From NCBI GenBank assembly GCA_051294905.1, contig CM119371.1:12588001-12652000 (forward strand): a stretch of 64,000 bases of DNA, written 5' to 3'. How positions within the stretch are numbered: position 1 is the stretch's first letter; the number at the start of each line of letters is the position of its first letter. The stretch comes from Botryllus schlosseri. Taxonomy: Eukaryota. This document shows positions 25,927 through 39,669 of the stretch, piece by piece. A program made the translations under genes and the position numbers. The notes under the pieces are model-generated. The model was not told where the DNA came from. It saw only the letters and a list, made by a program, of their open reading frames with translations, and did not search any database.

Positions 25927-28008
25927 GTAGGTACCATCAGAAATTGTGTTGAAAATGGACAGGGGCTACGAGAAATCTCAATGGAAGCACAAGGGGTACG
26001 ATCGCTAAAAAGGTTGAAAAGCAATGCTATTACTATGGCTCAATGATGAATATATTTAGGTTGGTATTGATAAGTTCCAATAATAATCGAAGGCAAAATC
26101 TAGCGCTGATTTTATTTGACTTTGACAATGACAGTAACAATAGCTTATATACTTATCACGACTATATCAAAACCAGGATTAGGCTACACCGCTCAAATGC
26201 TCTGATATCAGATCAATCTTCAGTAGATTTTAAAATATGCTACATAAAATTGTGGCGCGTCAAAGGTCCACTAGCTGCAATATTATATGTATATCCCGAC
26301 ACAGGAACAATTTTATCCAAATATTTGACAATGCGATTTTTCCGTGTCAACCGTGAATAAGACAATGGTAAATTGCATTTCCACGATGTTTGCCAAATCC
26401 CGTCAAATAAGGGCTGTTTGCAAATTATACATTGAATTTCCCTATTGTTGATGCTGCGACCCGCGCCGTCATCAAAACTAGGAAATTGGCCCGCGAGCAC
26501 ATTTGAGTTTGAGACCTCTCGTCTACCGTGATGATGGCAAAACTATGGCTTGCAACGCCGGGAAGGTACCATACTGAGACACCAATCATGGTCAAGCGTG
26601 TCAGTGGCAATTGTAACACCCTGTTACTTTTGTCCCGTCACCATATCTTTGCAACACTGAATATCTTGGTTCATATGTTGGTATGACCATTTATATACTG
26701 CAAATTAATCTTGCAACAGTCAGAAGTTCAATACCAGAACAGATACTACCTTTCTATACCAATTCTAACATGATCATCTGTAGGTACGGCCATACAGAAG
26801 TGGTGATATGAATCTTAGAGTTCGGTTATTTCCGTGATTCTACAACCCTTTCTCATGTTGATCGACTTTTGGCGTGTCGCCCTTCAATGGTCACTAAAAA
26901 AACTTGCCCATGACTGAATCCTCATCTCCTGACTTTGAGCATGATCCACTTACATTTTGCCATTTGTTGTGAACAATTTATTTCAATTTTGTACAGAATA
27001 GAAGAATGACATTAGCTTTGACGCCACACAATGTTAGGTCTTCGTTTCGCTACACTATCATCGGCCCATTTAACCAAGATATTTTAGTCAGGTCGGTGTC
27101 GCGACTTCGCATGTGACCGATTGTCCAACACATTGCGCACGCTGAACAACATCACCTTGGTAGAAGCGGCAGAAAATGTGTAGCGAGATGATGGAATGAA
27201 TGTGTTTATTGTGCCCTTTGAGCTCATGAAGAAGGCACGAAGGGTAATACTGTATTGAGATGCGAGAGGGCGTAGCCTGGAAGCATTAAAACTTTTCTTT
27301 CTTTTGTTTATTGAAATAATACAATTTTTGCACCCGATTTCGCTGTTCATTTCGGTTTTTTTTTAAGTTATTACTAACACTATTATAATTGCCCCGTGGA
27401 TCTACGGGGCGATTGTAACGTTTGAGTGGCGATTTTTGACACCCGAAATTTCCATTATTGATTGTTGATTGAGTTCCATTTTTGTTTTGGTATCAACTAT
27501 CGTGTTGTTGGCTTCCTAATATAGAACTTGGGAAATTAAATTTCCATGAGAGAGAGAGAGAGAGATTTATTTCTTCGTCAACCATAATATACAGAACGAC
27601 TATGCAACAAAAATACTCAATAATAATAGCGTGTAACTGGATCTATAACTGTATAGACGGGTGCCGGCGATATGATCCTTACGATCTTCACGTCAAGCCG
27701 GAACCTTGGAGATTAGAAACAAATATATAGAGACATACACTCACGCTTACTAGGTATGGTGGTTTGTAAAAAAAAAGAAAATTGAAAACAACAACGAAGA
27801 ACACAGTGGATGCCTTGCTGTAATAGCAGAGTGGGAATACATCCGACTAGTACTTATTGAGAAGTAAGTCAAGGAACTCCAAACACGTAATGTTAGAAAC
27901 TACAAAAAGTGTTACAATTGTCCACGGTCTCCGCAACATTAAATACGATTTCTTCCTTGTATAGATGTATAAATACGTGATTATTGTATCGATGCTTATA
28001 ATATGAGC

Positions 28009-28150
28009 AGTGTGGTGTTATATTCGGCCGTTGCAACACCTACGGTTGTAAGTTGGAGTCCGGCCAAGGCTGACTCCACTATATCCCCCGAAGTGTCGGA
28101 GGTTTAACTAGACTCCTCGGCGTCCTCCAAGGCTACAAATTAGTTCCTTA
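28009..28150 (+). mobile_element. SINE family A-related 5' fragment
   Basis: Degenerate A/B boxes followed by CCAAGGCTGACTC and GTGTCGGAGGTTT..GACTCCTC core. Confidence 0.55.
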
Positions 28151-28503
28151 CAATAAAACTAGAACGAAATTAGGCAGTGGTGCATGTGGACAGTTCATTG
28201 TATTGCAAAATCATATATAAGATATACACATAAATTAGCCATAATGTGGAGAACCATACACCAAATGAAACTGCACAATGCTCATACTACATGTATATTC
28301 TTTTCCAACAATCGAAATCATATATATAGGATCAGTGATGGAATCAGACACAATGAAATATAATATTTCGTTAACGAAGTATTGCGACCGAACATAAACG
28401 TCCCCCGTAAACACATCTAGCGTTTAGATACTAGCATTTTATATATTTACAGCGTTTGTTGCATATTTCGAGTATGCACCATGACGCGTGACAATGTGAT
28501 TAC

Positions 28504-28747
28504 TTATTTATATCAACCTTCTTCAGCATTGCAATCAATTTTTCCAACAACGTCGCGCTGCTCGCTTCAGAATGATGTACAGCGACGATGCCATCTTCTA
28601 TCATGGCTTTCGGCACAAAAGCTGTCTGCAAGTGCAGCCCCTTCATAAAGTTTTCCACTTCAATCAAGATATCTTGTATAGGCCGTATCAAGTTAATTGC
28701 TTCTCCGATCAACTTGATTTTTTCCTCCGATTTTAGTTTCACGGCGT
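28504..28747 (-). CDS. Putative coding exon or ORF end, unknown helical protein
   Basis: Open frame AVKLKSEEKIKLIGEAINLIRPIQDILIEVENFMKG...LLEKLIAMLKKVDIN flanked by TCATAG acceptor and GTAATC donor-like sites. Confidence 0.45.
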
Positions 28748-30162
28748 CTATGATAAAATTGTGATAAATATAGAGTTGAATCTCATATGCAAATTCTAAT
28801 GTTAAACAGCGAAAGTAGACACATTCCCATATCACACGGGAATTACTACTATAGGGCCGAGCACAACGCTTCCAGTACTCGAACTCGAATCCAAATCGAA
28901 CATTAATTGCAATGATCCGAGTCGAGCAGTGTCAGACAATTTATTCGAGTAGTGAAATGATATGCCCTTTGTCATTAATAGATATGTTGTATGTCAACGG
29001 TAATTTTTTACTCGAATGATCCTATCATAGCATCCACTCATACAAGTAGCCAATAACCCAAAGTTACGTGCGTTAGTGGAAATGACATTCCTATCAGTTA
29101 CCTGGAATCACTGGAGTACTCGATTTAGTGCAGTCCAAATATTAACAGCACTAAACAAATAGCCTGTATCATGCAGCCATCATGCAGCTGTCGCGTCCTA
29201 GTAGCAGTGCAGAAAACCACTGCACCTACAATGTGTGATTCCGGAATGAATTCCATTGGCGACACCATTTACCATTCTATATTGATCACACATATTTGCA
29301 GTTTGTAAATATCCTGTTCTGATATGTCAATAATTAATTAGGTTGCGTATATGCTGACTTCGAGACTACTTTATAATCTGTAGTAGGCTAATTATTTTTC
29401 CTAATGAAGCCACGCGAGAGGTATAAAATACTGTGTCGGGCTGAGTCAAAAGTTTGAACTATATTCTGCGGCGTAATAATTTAATTTCAAAACTGAAAGC
29501 AATGAATGGCGCTGTTTACACGCGGTTTCTAAGTTGATGTGTATCGCGCACTCCAGGGAGCACCAAATTTCGATTGTGGGGTGCTATGATGTGCACCACA
29601 AACCTTACTGCGTTGAACAGCTTGCATTATATTTGTGATACCACCGTTCTTTTGCGGTAGAATATGGTGGAGTTGGAAGGTATAGACCTTGCAATTCTGC
29701 ATTTTATGATTGGCGAGCTACTGTATATGTAGCGCAGTCTGCGGAGCACATGCTTGCGATGTCGACGGGCCCTGGACTCCTGACTTAGAGACCCGGCAGT
29801 CATTAGACTTCATAAATTTGAACCTCCTGGCCAGCGTTGATAAACAGTGCACTATAAAGGAATTGAATTTAAATTGCAAGCAAGATTTGCAGAACCCGTT
29901 CTGCTGTAACATAAATGATCTTGGGCATACATAATTATAGGGAGTTCACTGTATAGAATATAGTAAGATGTTGTCTTTTAATACGCAGGTTACACCCGGC
30001 GTTGGCATTAGCGTACTGTCACTCGTTTTATATGTTTTCATATACGCACACTCCGTTCTAGTTCTTTAAAATCTGGATGCAGATGTCCTGCAGTGACTCG
30101 TTTGATGGTAGATCTTGTGATTATTGAGATTTTTGGTTCCATACAAACTATACAGATTACTA

Positions 30163-30400
30163 TATATAATTGAATAGTAAATTCATATTGAAATGAACCC
30201 AAATATTTTCGGCTGACACTCGTCAGGGGTATTCGTCAGCATCTAGTAGAGAATGGGAAAGAATATTGTATTTTGTGATACGATTGTTGATGTACAATGT
30301 GCTTTCCAATTCTCTACTAGTTGCTGACGATTACCCCTGACGAGTGTCAGCCGAAAATATTCGGGTTCATTTCAATATGAATATACTACTCAACTGTATA
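30163..30400. mobile_element. Palindromic MITE with about 105-bp arms, TA-flanked
   Basis: Near-perfect inverted repeat; half copy at about 16432-16560. Confidence 0.85.
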
Positions 30401-30630
30401 TTAAAGTTCTGTACCTCCAAGAAGCTCTTGATGTATATATATACATAATTTATATGGAACTATATATGCAAAGTTTAAAATCGAATGATCAACTTATATC
30501 CATCATCACGATTACACGAATTTTTAAAGTACTCACATTTTTTGGTACATCCACCAGGCCATCTGCAAATGACAAATTTCATGAATATAGGATTAGGTGT
30601 CAGGAGCTACGAGTGAACTTTTACACCCAC

Positions 30631-32800
30631 TTAAAGTCTACAATCGAACAATTTGACAACTGTCATGGTAATATTCCCAATTATTGAGTACCAACTGGAC
30701 GAAGAACTATATGTTAGGCCTATACTTACTTGCAAGGAGGTCCGTACACCATATTTGTGGCATGACAACTGACAATGAAGAACAGCAACAGGACTGAAAG
30801 CGACTTCATACCACGGGTAATTGTATTGGCGCTTAAATCTAAATATGAAGTTACGCACTACCGCTAAGAAGATCAAAAATGTTTCTACTAGCAACAGCAT
30901 TCGCCAACTTTTCCGATTATTACAATTATATCCGCTTAGGATATAAGTGGCGTGCCGCAAATTGCGAACCGCAACAGGGTTTTTCTTTGGGTGAAGTGAG
31001 ATATAGCGTTTTTAAATTTGCTACGACTCCTACTGTGTTGCATGATAAAATAGAAAGAAACGCAGATTGCAAATCAATACCTCTACTTTTGAGCGAAACC
31101 TGTTAATTTCTGTATAGTCATATCAAGAGTTGTAATGTGCTTCATCAAATCAAGTGAAGTCTGTCCGTGAGCCTAAATGGATTTTCTTGGCGTTTCATAT
31201 GTATATATATCAGTGGTATTCAGCAAAACCTGTCACCATGACCGGGCCATTACGCTGCAAAGTTAATCACACAGATTAATATATCATTATTGCGTTCTGC
31301 GGGACAGTTTGTTTGCCATAGTGATAAACGAATTTGTTATTCTTGAATTAACATGGCGATTCTGCGATCACAACGACTTAAAGACAGGATTAGCAGAGCC
31401 ATCCTTCATAGTCCCAAATGCACTTAAACTGAAACGATTCTCTCACTAGTTTTTGGAAGCGTCCGTATTTATTCAGAAGCTGAAGTTTCGTAAGACGATA
31501 CTTCCGCGTTGACGGGAGGGTAAGAACCACAAATGCTTCTTAGTAGCAAAAACGCGCTTGCGATTCCGCTGTAGTTTAGACACTTCCAACCCAAATTGCA
31601 GTTTTCGCAGACAAACAAATGCACCAACATACAGCTCCACCAAGCTTTCCGTCTCTGCCTTCCTGTGCGTTATTCCCATTACGTTTAAGCTTTCATGTTT
31701 GAAATGCAACGGAGTCATTAGAAACTTTAACACATGTACTTATTGTGATAATTTTACTATTTAGCTTACCTTCTGTATATCTAATCGGCAGCCAATGCGG
31801 ATCGTCCACAGTACCTGTCTTGTGGCAAATTTCGTCTACGTTGCAAATGGAAACAAAGCTAGGAAGCAAATGTGTGCTCCAGTGGAATCTTCCATTTCGA
31901 CAGTTTCAGTCTTTGAGTACTACCCTGTTACACTGTTTATCATTGTTATGTGTATGTGACGTCTTGCATCTTGGATCTATTTACGCATAAACGGCTGATT
32001 GATATATTTTCCTCGTTCATGACTGAAATGGCAGTGTCACTAATATATATTACAGCTACAGAAGTTGTTGGTGAATAGTATAGGCTATCCTACTGGTCGT
32101 TATCATGACTGTGAACGTGGTGTAGTTATTCGGGAAAGTTTCAGATATAATTGTCTTGTTGTCCTTCTACAGTTACACGGCTGGTCTTTGATAAGATTTC
32201 AGTGTCGGATCTCCGGAGCCAGTCACCGGTGAGCCAGACTGGTGTCGGTTCGCAGCCAAATTGAAAGGCGGGGTTTCGACAGGCGGCATCCGGCGTCACG
32301 CTGGTGCCAACTATGATATGGATGACTGAGCAAGTGACCACTGATCGGCTGTGGTAAACCTAACCACAGAAGGAACATGAGGACTTCATTTCATTATCCT
32401 ACTTTGCACAGACTCTACATCACGAATATTGGTTTAAGGTAGTTGATGATGGTTCGTATATGCCTACACTGGTATGAAGTAGTTATTGGTTGAAATATTC
32501 TTATTTTTTCCCGGCGATCGAGTAATATATATTATCACAATTTGTAAGGATACAGTTCTACATCGGATGTTTGCGTCTATTCAGTTCCCAATGCGTTCCG
32601 ATGCTGATCAGTCACATTTCCGTCTGCGTATACTAGAGAAAACGAGACGCGGATATAGCGGATGTTTCGAAACTTCACACAGAGTTGCGGATATGTTGAG
32701 GCATCAGGATGTGTGAAATCGCTCTGTGTATTCCTGAGTAGCTGCCGCAATTGCACAAGCACTTCCTAGGTTTTGCTATCTTGAATTATACATTGGAATG
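30631..32800 (-). pseudogene. Relic coding segments X and Y of unknown repeated unit
   Basis: X (32140-32800) matches 54790-55420 (YADGNVTD...LGT...TSD(V/I)EL.PYK; MFLL.L.LP.PI..HLL.HP); Y (31100-32000) matches 5580-6920. Confidence 0.6.
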
Positions 32801-34076
32801 CTTGAAGTGCCATGCTCTAGAGCAGCGGTCCTCAACCTATTTCACCTGGCGGACATGTAAAATTTCAAAAACATATTCGGCGGACCGCTGGACTTTCAAA
32901 AATTGAAATCCATCCAAAATTTAATGTATGCATCCGTTTATTGCAAGTATATGGGGCTAGACTGCTGGAGCGTGATATGCAGAGGATTTTGATCGTAAAT
33001 AATTATGTTCATGATGGCATCCATGAGATTTTGCGGTAGTGAGTCTGCTGAGTCGAGGTAAAATTGCCTTGTACGGATGAACGTGCTACCGTCGAGAGAC
33101 GTTTACAGCCATGGGTTTAACCGACATGCCAGCTCGAATAATATTCTTCTTCATGACAATATCGAGAGAAGGAGCGTTTCGAAGTTGAACCAAGTACCTT
33201 GTCATGCTGCCTTGCTCATTGTCCTCTACGTAGGGTACTCTGCCTACTCTGAATACAATGCACCGCACGAAAACACCTGTCAACAGCTATACCGGCCATC
33301 AACAAAACCCGGGCGAAAAAGCAATTCGTAAGCCCACCTCCAAAACCGTTGGTTTCGGACCACCACAGGGCGATAAGCCAAACTTCCGAGGGGCTAAGCC
33401 CCCGGACCCGACAGTTGGATGGATGTTTTTACCAGTACTTGTGAGCACCATCGTTTGCACAGAGATTTTATGTAGCGTATAATCGTGCCAATAGATAAAA
33501 TTTTCGATCACCCGTGACGGAATCGGTCAATAATATTGGTAATCGCATATATATTGCTTCAAATTTTTATCCTCTTAGAATTGTCAGATTATCCGAGAGA
33601 GCTGACTGAATTGTCATCTTCGAAAATTTAGAGCACGTAAAAATAATTAGGGATATTCGGGCCTGTTGAAATAGTTACTTCGTTGCATGTCATTATTTCG
33701 TGACGTACAGTTTGTTATACAGTGAATAGATATTAACATCGCGCAAACGTAGCCTACTAAATTAAAGCCGCACACGATTACAAATTGGTATTTCTGCAAA
33801 TTTCTTCTGGCAAACAATTCTTTCTGTGTGACGGGATTAGTCCTGTGGGGTACAGATTGCAGGGTAACCAAGTCGCACGGTTCCGAGTCGCAAATTAATC
33901 TTATTTTTAATCTTGATCGAGTCAAGTCGAATCATTTTCAATTAACCATCGAGTCAAGTCCGAGTCCAATTCAGCGAGCAGAGGGGCAAGTCAAAGTCAT
34001 GGCATTATGACTCGAGTCCGAGTCCGAGCTATTGTGTTGACAGCTCAGTTTCCATTTATATTTAAAAACAATTTTA

Positions 34077-34415
34077 GTGACGCATATAACAACTATGGTC
34101 TTTTGCGTCACGACTTATTAGTTGCTAATCAAATAGATATTGCGATGATTAAATACAGTCAGCTAACATTTAGTACTTTCTCTTTGTCTTTGCTATGATT
34201 TCCACAGCAAAGGTAATATATAATCGGCAGTTAGTATATTTTCCACGGTGAAGGGTACTCTCAAGACCAGTACGGCAGCTCTAAACTGGCATCTTTCGTT
34301 GGCGTACTTCGCACACTCGATAATAACGTGCTCTGCAGTTTCTTCAACATGGCATGTGGTACAATCAGAGGTATCGATAGGAACACCGAATTTTGCTAAG
34401 ATGTGAGTTAGGACG
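34077..34415 (-). mobile_element. 3' fragment of I-group (Nimb/I-like) LINE
   Basis: CTTCHVEETAEHVIIEC CCHC finger, then 3' UTR hairpin GTGACGCA...TGCGTCAC. Confidence 0.75.
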
Positions 34416-34493
34416 ACAGCGTCCGGCCCGCAATCTGAAAATGGTGGTTTCGGCACAGCGTGGTGTAGTTATAGTTGGTGGTTTCGTGTATAT

Positions 34494-34851
34494 TAGGCTT
34501 ACCATACGTCCTCTTTTAAGAGGATTTGTCCTCTTTTTTGATTTTTTTGAAAGTGTCCTCCGAGGACGGTCTTTTGTCCTCTTCTTTGAGATTTTGTCCT
34601 CTTTTTTGAAAATTCAGGTCGGATTTAGAGCAAATTGCGAGTAAATTAGTACAGTAGTGACGCTCCGTAGGGTATTTCGGAGCGAAAAACGCTATTTTGA
34701 GCTCCGAGCGGAAAGATGACCTTTTTTTTTAGTAAACCGGTCACAAAGTGGGAAAAATTCACCGGTTTTTGTGAATTCTACTCCGGTTTTGCAAGTCTCA
34801 AATTTCTGAAAAAGTGTCCTCTTTTGAGATTTCCAAAATATGGTAAGCCTA
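34494..34851. mobile_element. hAT-type MITE (TAGGCTTACCATA family)
   Basis: Perfect 13-bp TIRs; perfect TSD GTGTATAT. Confidence 0.93.
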
Positions 34852-36199
34852 GTGTATATGTCGTGGCAGAACTGCTTGAAATGTGCCGCAGTCATGGGCC
34901 GCTGCCTCTTTCGCAAGTCGGTCAGCGACTCCATTCCCTTTCATACCTAGTGTCCTGGAATCCATATAAAAGAAATACCTCAATGGCTTTCATGTAAGAG
35001 ATGGTGAGTCAGTTCTAATATTGCATTGGTAATACAGTTATTTTCACCAAGACGGTAGAATGCACTTAAAGAGTCACTCACGATAGCAGCTCGTTCGATG
35101 CAGTTTTCTGAAGTCCATATCAATGCATCGAATAATGCTCCCAGGTCAATTGAGAAAATTGACAGGAGTTTCGAACATATTTTTGATGTTCTTATATTGC
35201 TTCATTCTGACATCGGTGTCTACATCACAATTTATTTATTATGCGCTTCTTGATATAATAACCATGCTATGCCCACGCAGTCTTGCTTCAGTTGGGATAT
35301 TGCGGTACGTTGAGCATACCACCATGTCAACCTACTTGTTTCATTTGAATGTTTATGATTCACAATGAGCAGACAGTGGGCCGTCTAAAACAGTAGGCCT
35401 ATGAGGAAGCCTACAAGCTGTAAAATGTCAAATGATAAGTTCACCGACAGCGCAAAATCTATGATACAAACGGAAGGCACGTTGCAAAATAATTTTGACT
35501 TGTAAACAATTCTGACATTTTTCGTCCTAGCGTTACAATTTTGACAAAACTTTGACTTTTTTTTACGTAAAAAAATCGCCCTAGTTATGACTGTTGAGAG
35601 AGCTCTTAAATATGAAATTCGGACAACACACAGACAAAGAATTATCAGCTGGTGCACGAAAATGTCTGATGGACGCGAATTCAAATAGCATCATTTTCCG
35701 ATGTGTCTCGCATTTGCAATACTATCTGTTCAAATTGTAAGGACGGGACTATTCGGCGACGACCAAATAAACGACCACACATACCAATATCGAAGGCTTT
35801 AGCCAACCAGCGACAGTGAATTATGGCCAAGGTTTTATCGGCACCAATCCTTTTGACATCGCAGTTCACCAGCAGTATGTTGGTCAAAACTTCTTGTCTT
35901 CGTGTGTCCCGGCATGGAAGGGGTTGGCCTCGAAACACATCTGTCTCTTATTCCAGCATCCCAGATCTCCGACGTTGTTTTTCAGTGTTGGAAAAATCTT
36001 ATCATGAATTCATACCAATTTGCTTGACATGGAGATCGGCGCATGACGGTAGTAAAAACAAGGAGTAAAAGTTCAAAGTCCCGTCGGTCTTTTCGGCTTG
36101 AGACTTTACTATTGGAACTAAATTGAATCGCGCCTGAGCACAACTCGACTAATCAACGCTATATTAATAGTATGTGCTTATTTTCGGGGGTCACATCAA

Positions 36200-36370
36200 G
36201 GTTTGTGTGTTTGTTTGGCTGTGGTATTCATGGTGTTAGTCGACTACTATATGGTCATTTACACCAGGATGATAATATTCATTTCCTATTCCGTAACTGC
36301 CTACTTGTAACACGGCCAACTTTCAAGCTTTTTGTAAGACACACCCGTACGCGGATGTAATGGCATCAAG
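36200..36370 (-). mobile_element. SINE family A 3' fragment
   Basis: Homology to 50200-50412 including CAAA tail; another fragment at about 43490-43632. Confidence 0.7.
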
Positions 36371-36523
36371 GTTGTTATAACTACCATCAGATTTAGTTAA
36401 TCATTTTCGCCAAAAAGTTTCAATGCATCTTCATTGTACAAATGGCTCTCACTCTCAAAAGTGGTACAGTCCTGCTTTCTTCGATTTCGTCATGCTGTGC
36501 GCTGCAGAATACAACACCTAGTT

Positions 36524-38051
36524 CAGCGGTCGGGAACCTTTTTCGTCCGAAGAGCCACATTGGCTGATATTTTTCCATTTTAACTCTCAAAGAGCCATAC
36601 ATCTCCATCAACTGTTACGTCACAATTGTAAATTCGTGATGTTGGGTTAGCACTTATCAGAGATGAGCATGGATTAGGATTAGGTTTTGAAAAAACAGGA
36701 TTTGTGAAATTTTGTCGGATTTGGATTGGATTTGGATTAGACATTTTTTTCAGAACGGATTAGCATTGGATTTACCTATTTTCTGGGAGATTGAAATGTC
36801 GTGTGGCGAATGGCGACAAACTTTATTCAGATCAGTTATTAATGTACTTATGGTTACTAAGTTATCTTGAATCAAGTGAATCGTTGGTTGTGAAAGAAAA
36901 TTTTCGAATCCCTCCATTGCATAAATAAATTAGTATTTTTTCTGAATTTCCAGTTGGAATCCGATTAGGATTGGACATGGACTTGAATATGAAAATGTTA
37001 TGGATTAGGATTTGGATTTGGATTTGAAGGTTCGGATTCGGATTGGATTAGGACATAGAAATTTCAAATCCGCCCATCTCTGGCACTTATACAATCTCAC
37101 TACATGGGATTCGTCAAGTGCGCTTCATTTTCACCGTCAAAACTCGTACTAATCATGCTGGCAACTTTATTCGAGCATGTCAACCTTGAGTTACAGGAAA
37201 GTAGCTTCGTCGTGATGCTCTATTTAAATGTGAGAAACCATGATCACATGCGTAAGTGGAGCCAAACATGGTCACTACAGCAGTATATGCCTAATGTAAG
37301 GTGTGATACATCAGTGACGCGGGGTCAGGGGAGGCAAGGGGGCAGTTCGTCACCTGTCGCCAGGGTAAGTAAACGAGATATCGCAGTTCATTGTAAATAA
37401 CTTGGAATTTATAACAACTCATATTAATTGAATGTAACTGTCGCACTGATTTCGAGAATCTAAATACTGACTGACTTCTTAATTCTCAAAGTATTCGGCG
37501 GGAACATCTAACGTTGCGCTACACGCCTACGTTTTATCGCTGATACTACAAAGCGACTTACTGATCAAAAACGTGGATAACTATGGAGTTGTTTGTAATT
37601 AGAGTTTGTAGTTGTGAATGTCACTTACACGGCAGATCATTTCGCGCCGTAGCTCAGGCAGACAGTGCGTATATTTGACAACTGTTTTGTCATAAGGGGA
37701 TCACCATGTCTGCTATTTTCTTCGATCAATCAATGTATCGTGCAATCCAAGATCTCGAGTCGGGTACATCAAATTCGCGAGTGATATTGGTCGCAGGCGC
37801 GACACCAACTTAAATCTGGGAATTCTGAAAAGGGGGTCCGACTCTCTTACCCCGAAGACGGCATTGTCTTTACCTCTCAAAGACATGTTTATACGGTGAC
37901 GAGAATAACTATTCTGGTCGTGACTTAAATTCACAAACAAGTTGCTACAATATTGATGAATTCAGTTAAAAAATTAAAATTTGGAAAAGAGCTATATCTT
38001 ATACCCAAAAGAGCCATATATGGCTCGCGAGCCATGGGTTCCCGACCGCTG
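36524..38051. mobile_element. hAT MITE (CAG(C/T)GGTCGGGAACC family)
   Basis: Perfect TIRs; TSD ACCTAGTT/ACCTGGTT; GAGCCA subterminal motifs; sister copy 51311-52268. Confidence 0.92.
36658..37082. mobile_element. MITE with GGATT subterminal repeats, nested
   Basis: CAGAGATGAGC ... GCCCATCTCTG; perfect TSD GCACTTAT; absent from the 51311 copy. Confidence 0.9.
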
Positions 38052-38169
38052 ACCTGGTTCTAAGCATATTAAGGAAAATAACGCACATATCGCACCCTGA
38101 GTGTTTCTGCTCCCTTCAAAATCGAATTCGTCCCTTCGGGGGCGCTGGCGACCAGGTTTAGAAACCCTG

Positions 38170-39280
38170 ATATAAACCGATGTTGGACGAATCTTATCAT
38201 GAATTCATATGAATTTGCCTAATATAGAGGTCGGCACATTTTCATGATCAAGTCATGTTGTAGTAACGACTTTACTGTATGTCTCGTTTATTAGCTATAA
38301 AAGTGGTTCCTAACGTTGGCGGTATGAGCGGGCCAAAATTCGTATCGACCTTGATAGTGGGGAATGAGTCGAAAAAGGTCGGGAAGCACTGGGGTATTGT
38401 AACCAACACAGTGACCTCGGATATGTAAAGAGTATCTACTAGAAATCGCGCAAAACGCGAATAATTTTTTTGGTTGCAAAATATTACATACATATTAAAC
38501 GATCGCTCTGGTGCCATCGCGACCCAAAAGTACCTCCGGCGCGACCCATGTTTCGGTCGCGACCATACTTTAAGAACCCCTTCCATAGAACCTGCTCTAA
38601 ATCGAGACCGTTCGATTTTCGCTGGGATCCGAAACCAGGTGTGATCGAGCTAAGAAAAATGCCCATTGATGATTGAACTGGAGTATGGTAATGCTTTTCC
38701 CTTCCTGGTAAACTCTGTGTCCATTCCCGGACTTCCCGATGCATGGCATACAAAAGCGGTTTAGTAATGCTGGAATAGCCGATATAAATTTGCTTTCAGA
38801 CGCCGCTATAGACTATATCACGAAAGCATCTGCTCGTAGACGTAAGTATTTTGTTAATGTGCAGTCAATAAACGAAGTGATACTATCGTTTTCGATCACA
38901 GAGACAAGCAAACGCGCTGAAAGACTGTAATAGCGATATGAATTATTCGAGGATGTCGATTCTGTTATGTGTGGTAGCGGGACTAGCAATCGAGAATGGC
39001 TGCTGCTGCCGGTAAGCATGACTATTGACGGTATATATACCCAATTGATAGACTTACATTGGTCTCGAAATGTCCTATGCTCGGTGAGAATGGTCGGTCA
39101 GAAGTACGGTATATTTAGTTGTGTCTTTCCATCCTGGCTGCAGTCGCACTCTGCGATCTCGCTGGTTCATATAGATATTACATGTTTTAAAATGCTTTTA
39201 AATGTGAAGGAAATTAAACCAATTACAGCCTGTTGGAGTTATAGAGCTGTCATGGTCTCGGCTACTTCTCATATACAGTT
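38170..39280 (-). pseudogene. Relic coding segment S, second copy
   Basis: Colinear with 8540-9500; partial third copy at about 4850-5050. Confidence 0.45.
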
Positions 39281-39669
39281 ACTGTCAATAATATGTTGAG
39301 GTGTAATTCAGGAGTCCTTAACCGGGTATCGTACACCTTAGTGTGGTACTATGATTTTTAAACGGTTCACCACTCGGATAGGGTGTACTGGGGTGTACCA
39401 GGTCCACATTAGATGGCTACAGCTATAGCCATCACAATAAATACGCACGTTTATGCTGTAAAAAAGGTTGGGCGGATATGCAATAGCATACAATCTCCAT
39501 TTCAACTTTAGGCCTACATAGCTTGTGAATCACAATCATTTTATGATGTCATAAGCAAATGTGTCTCCTCACCGCAAAACCTGTTAACCGCTGGTTATGG
39601 AATTATTGGTTCTTCGTAGCAGAACAGGGTAGAGATAACATGTGCTCAGCTTGCGATATATGTCTACAA

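Larger units (their letters stand above)
22822..26520. mobile_element. hAT MITE (CAGAGGTCTCAAAC family) expanded by nested insertions
   Basis: AGAGGTCTCAAAC ... GTTTGAGACCTCT; degenerate TSD GTCTACTT/GTCTACCG. Confidence 0.75.
22539..27935. mobile_element. Putative pogo/Tc1-mariner-type remnant hosting nested hATs
   Basis: Inverted ends GGAGACTGGGGAAAATGTAAC (22543) / GTTACAATTGTCCACGGTCTCC (27911); internal palindrome at about 27383-27420; superfamily inferred from TIR style only. Confidence 0.5.

Noticed and set aside
36670..37060. Telomeric repeats
   Set aside because: GGATT motifs are subterminal repeats of a TSD-bounded MITE
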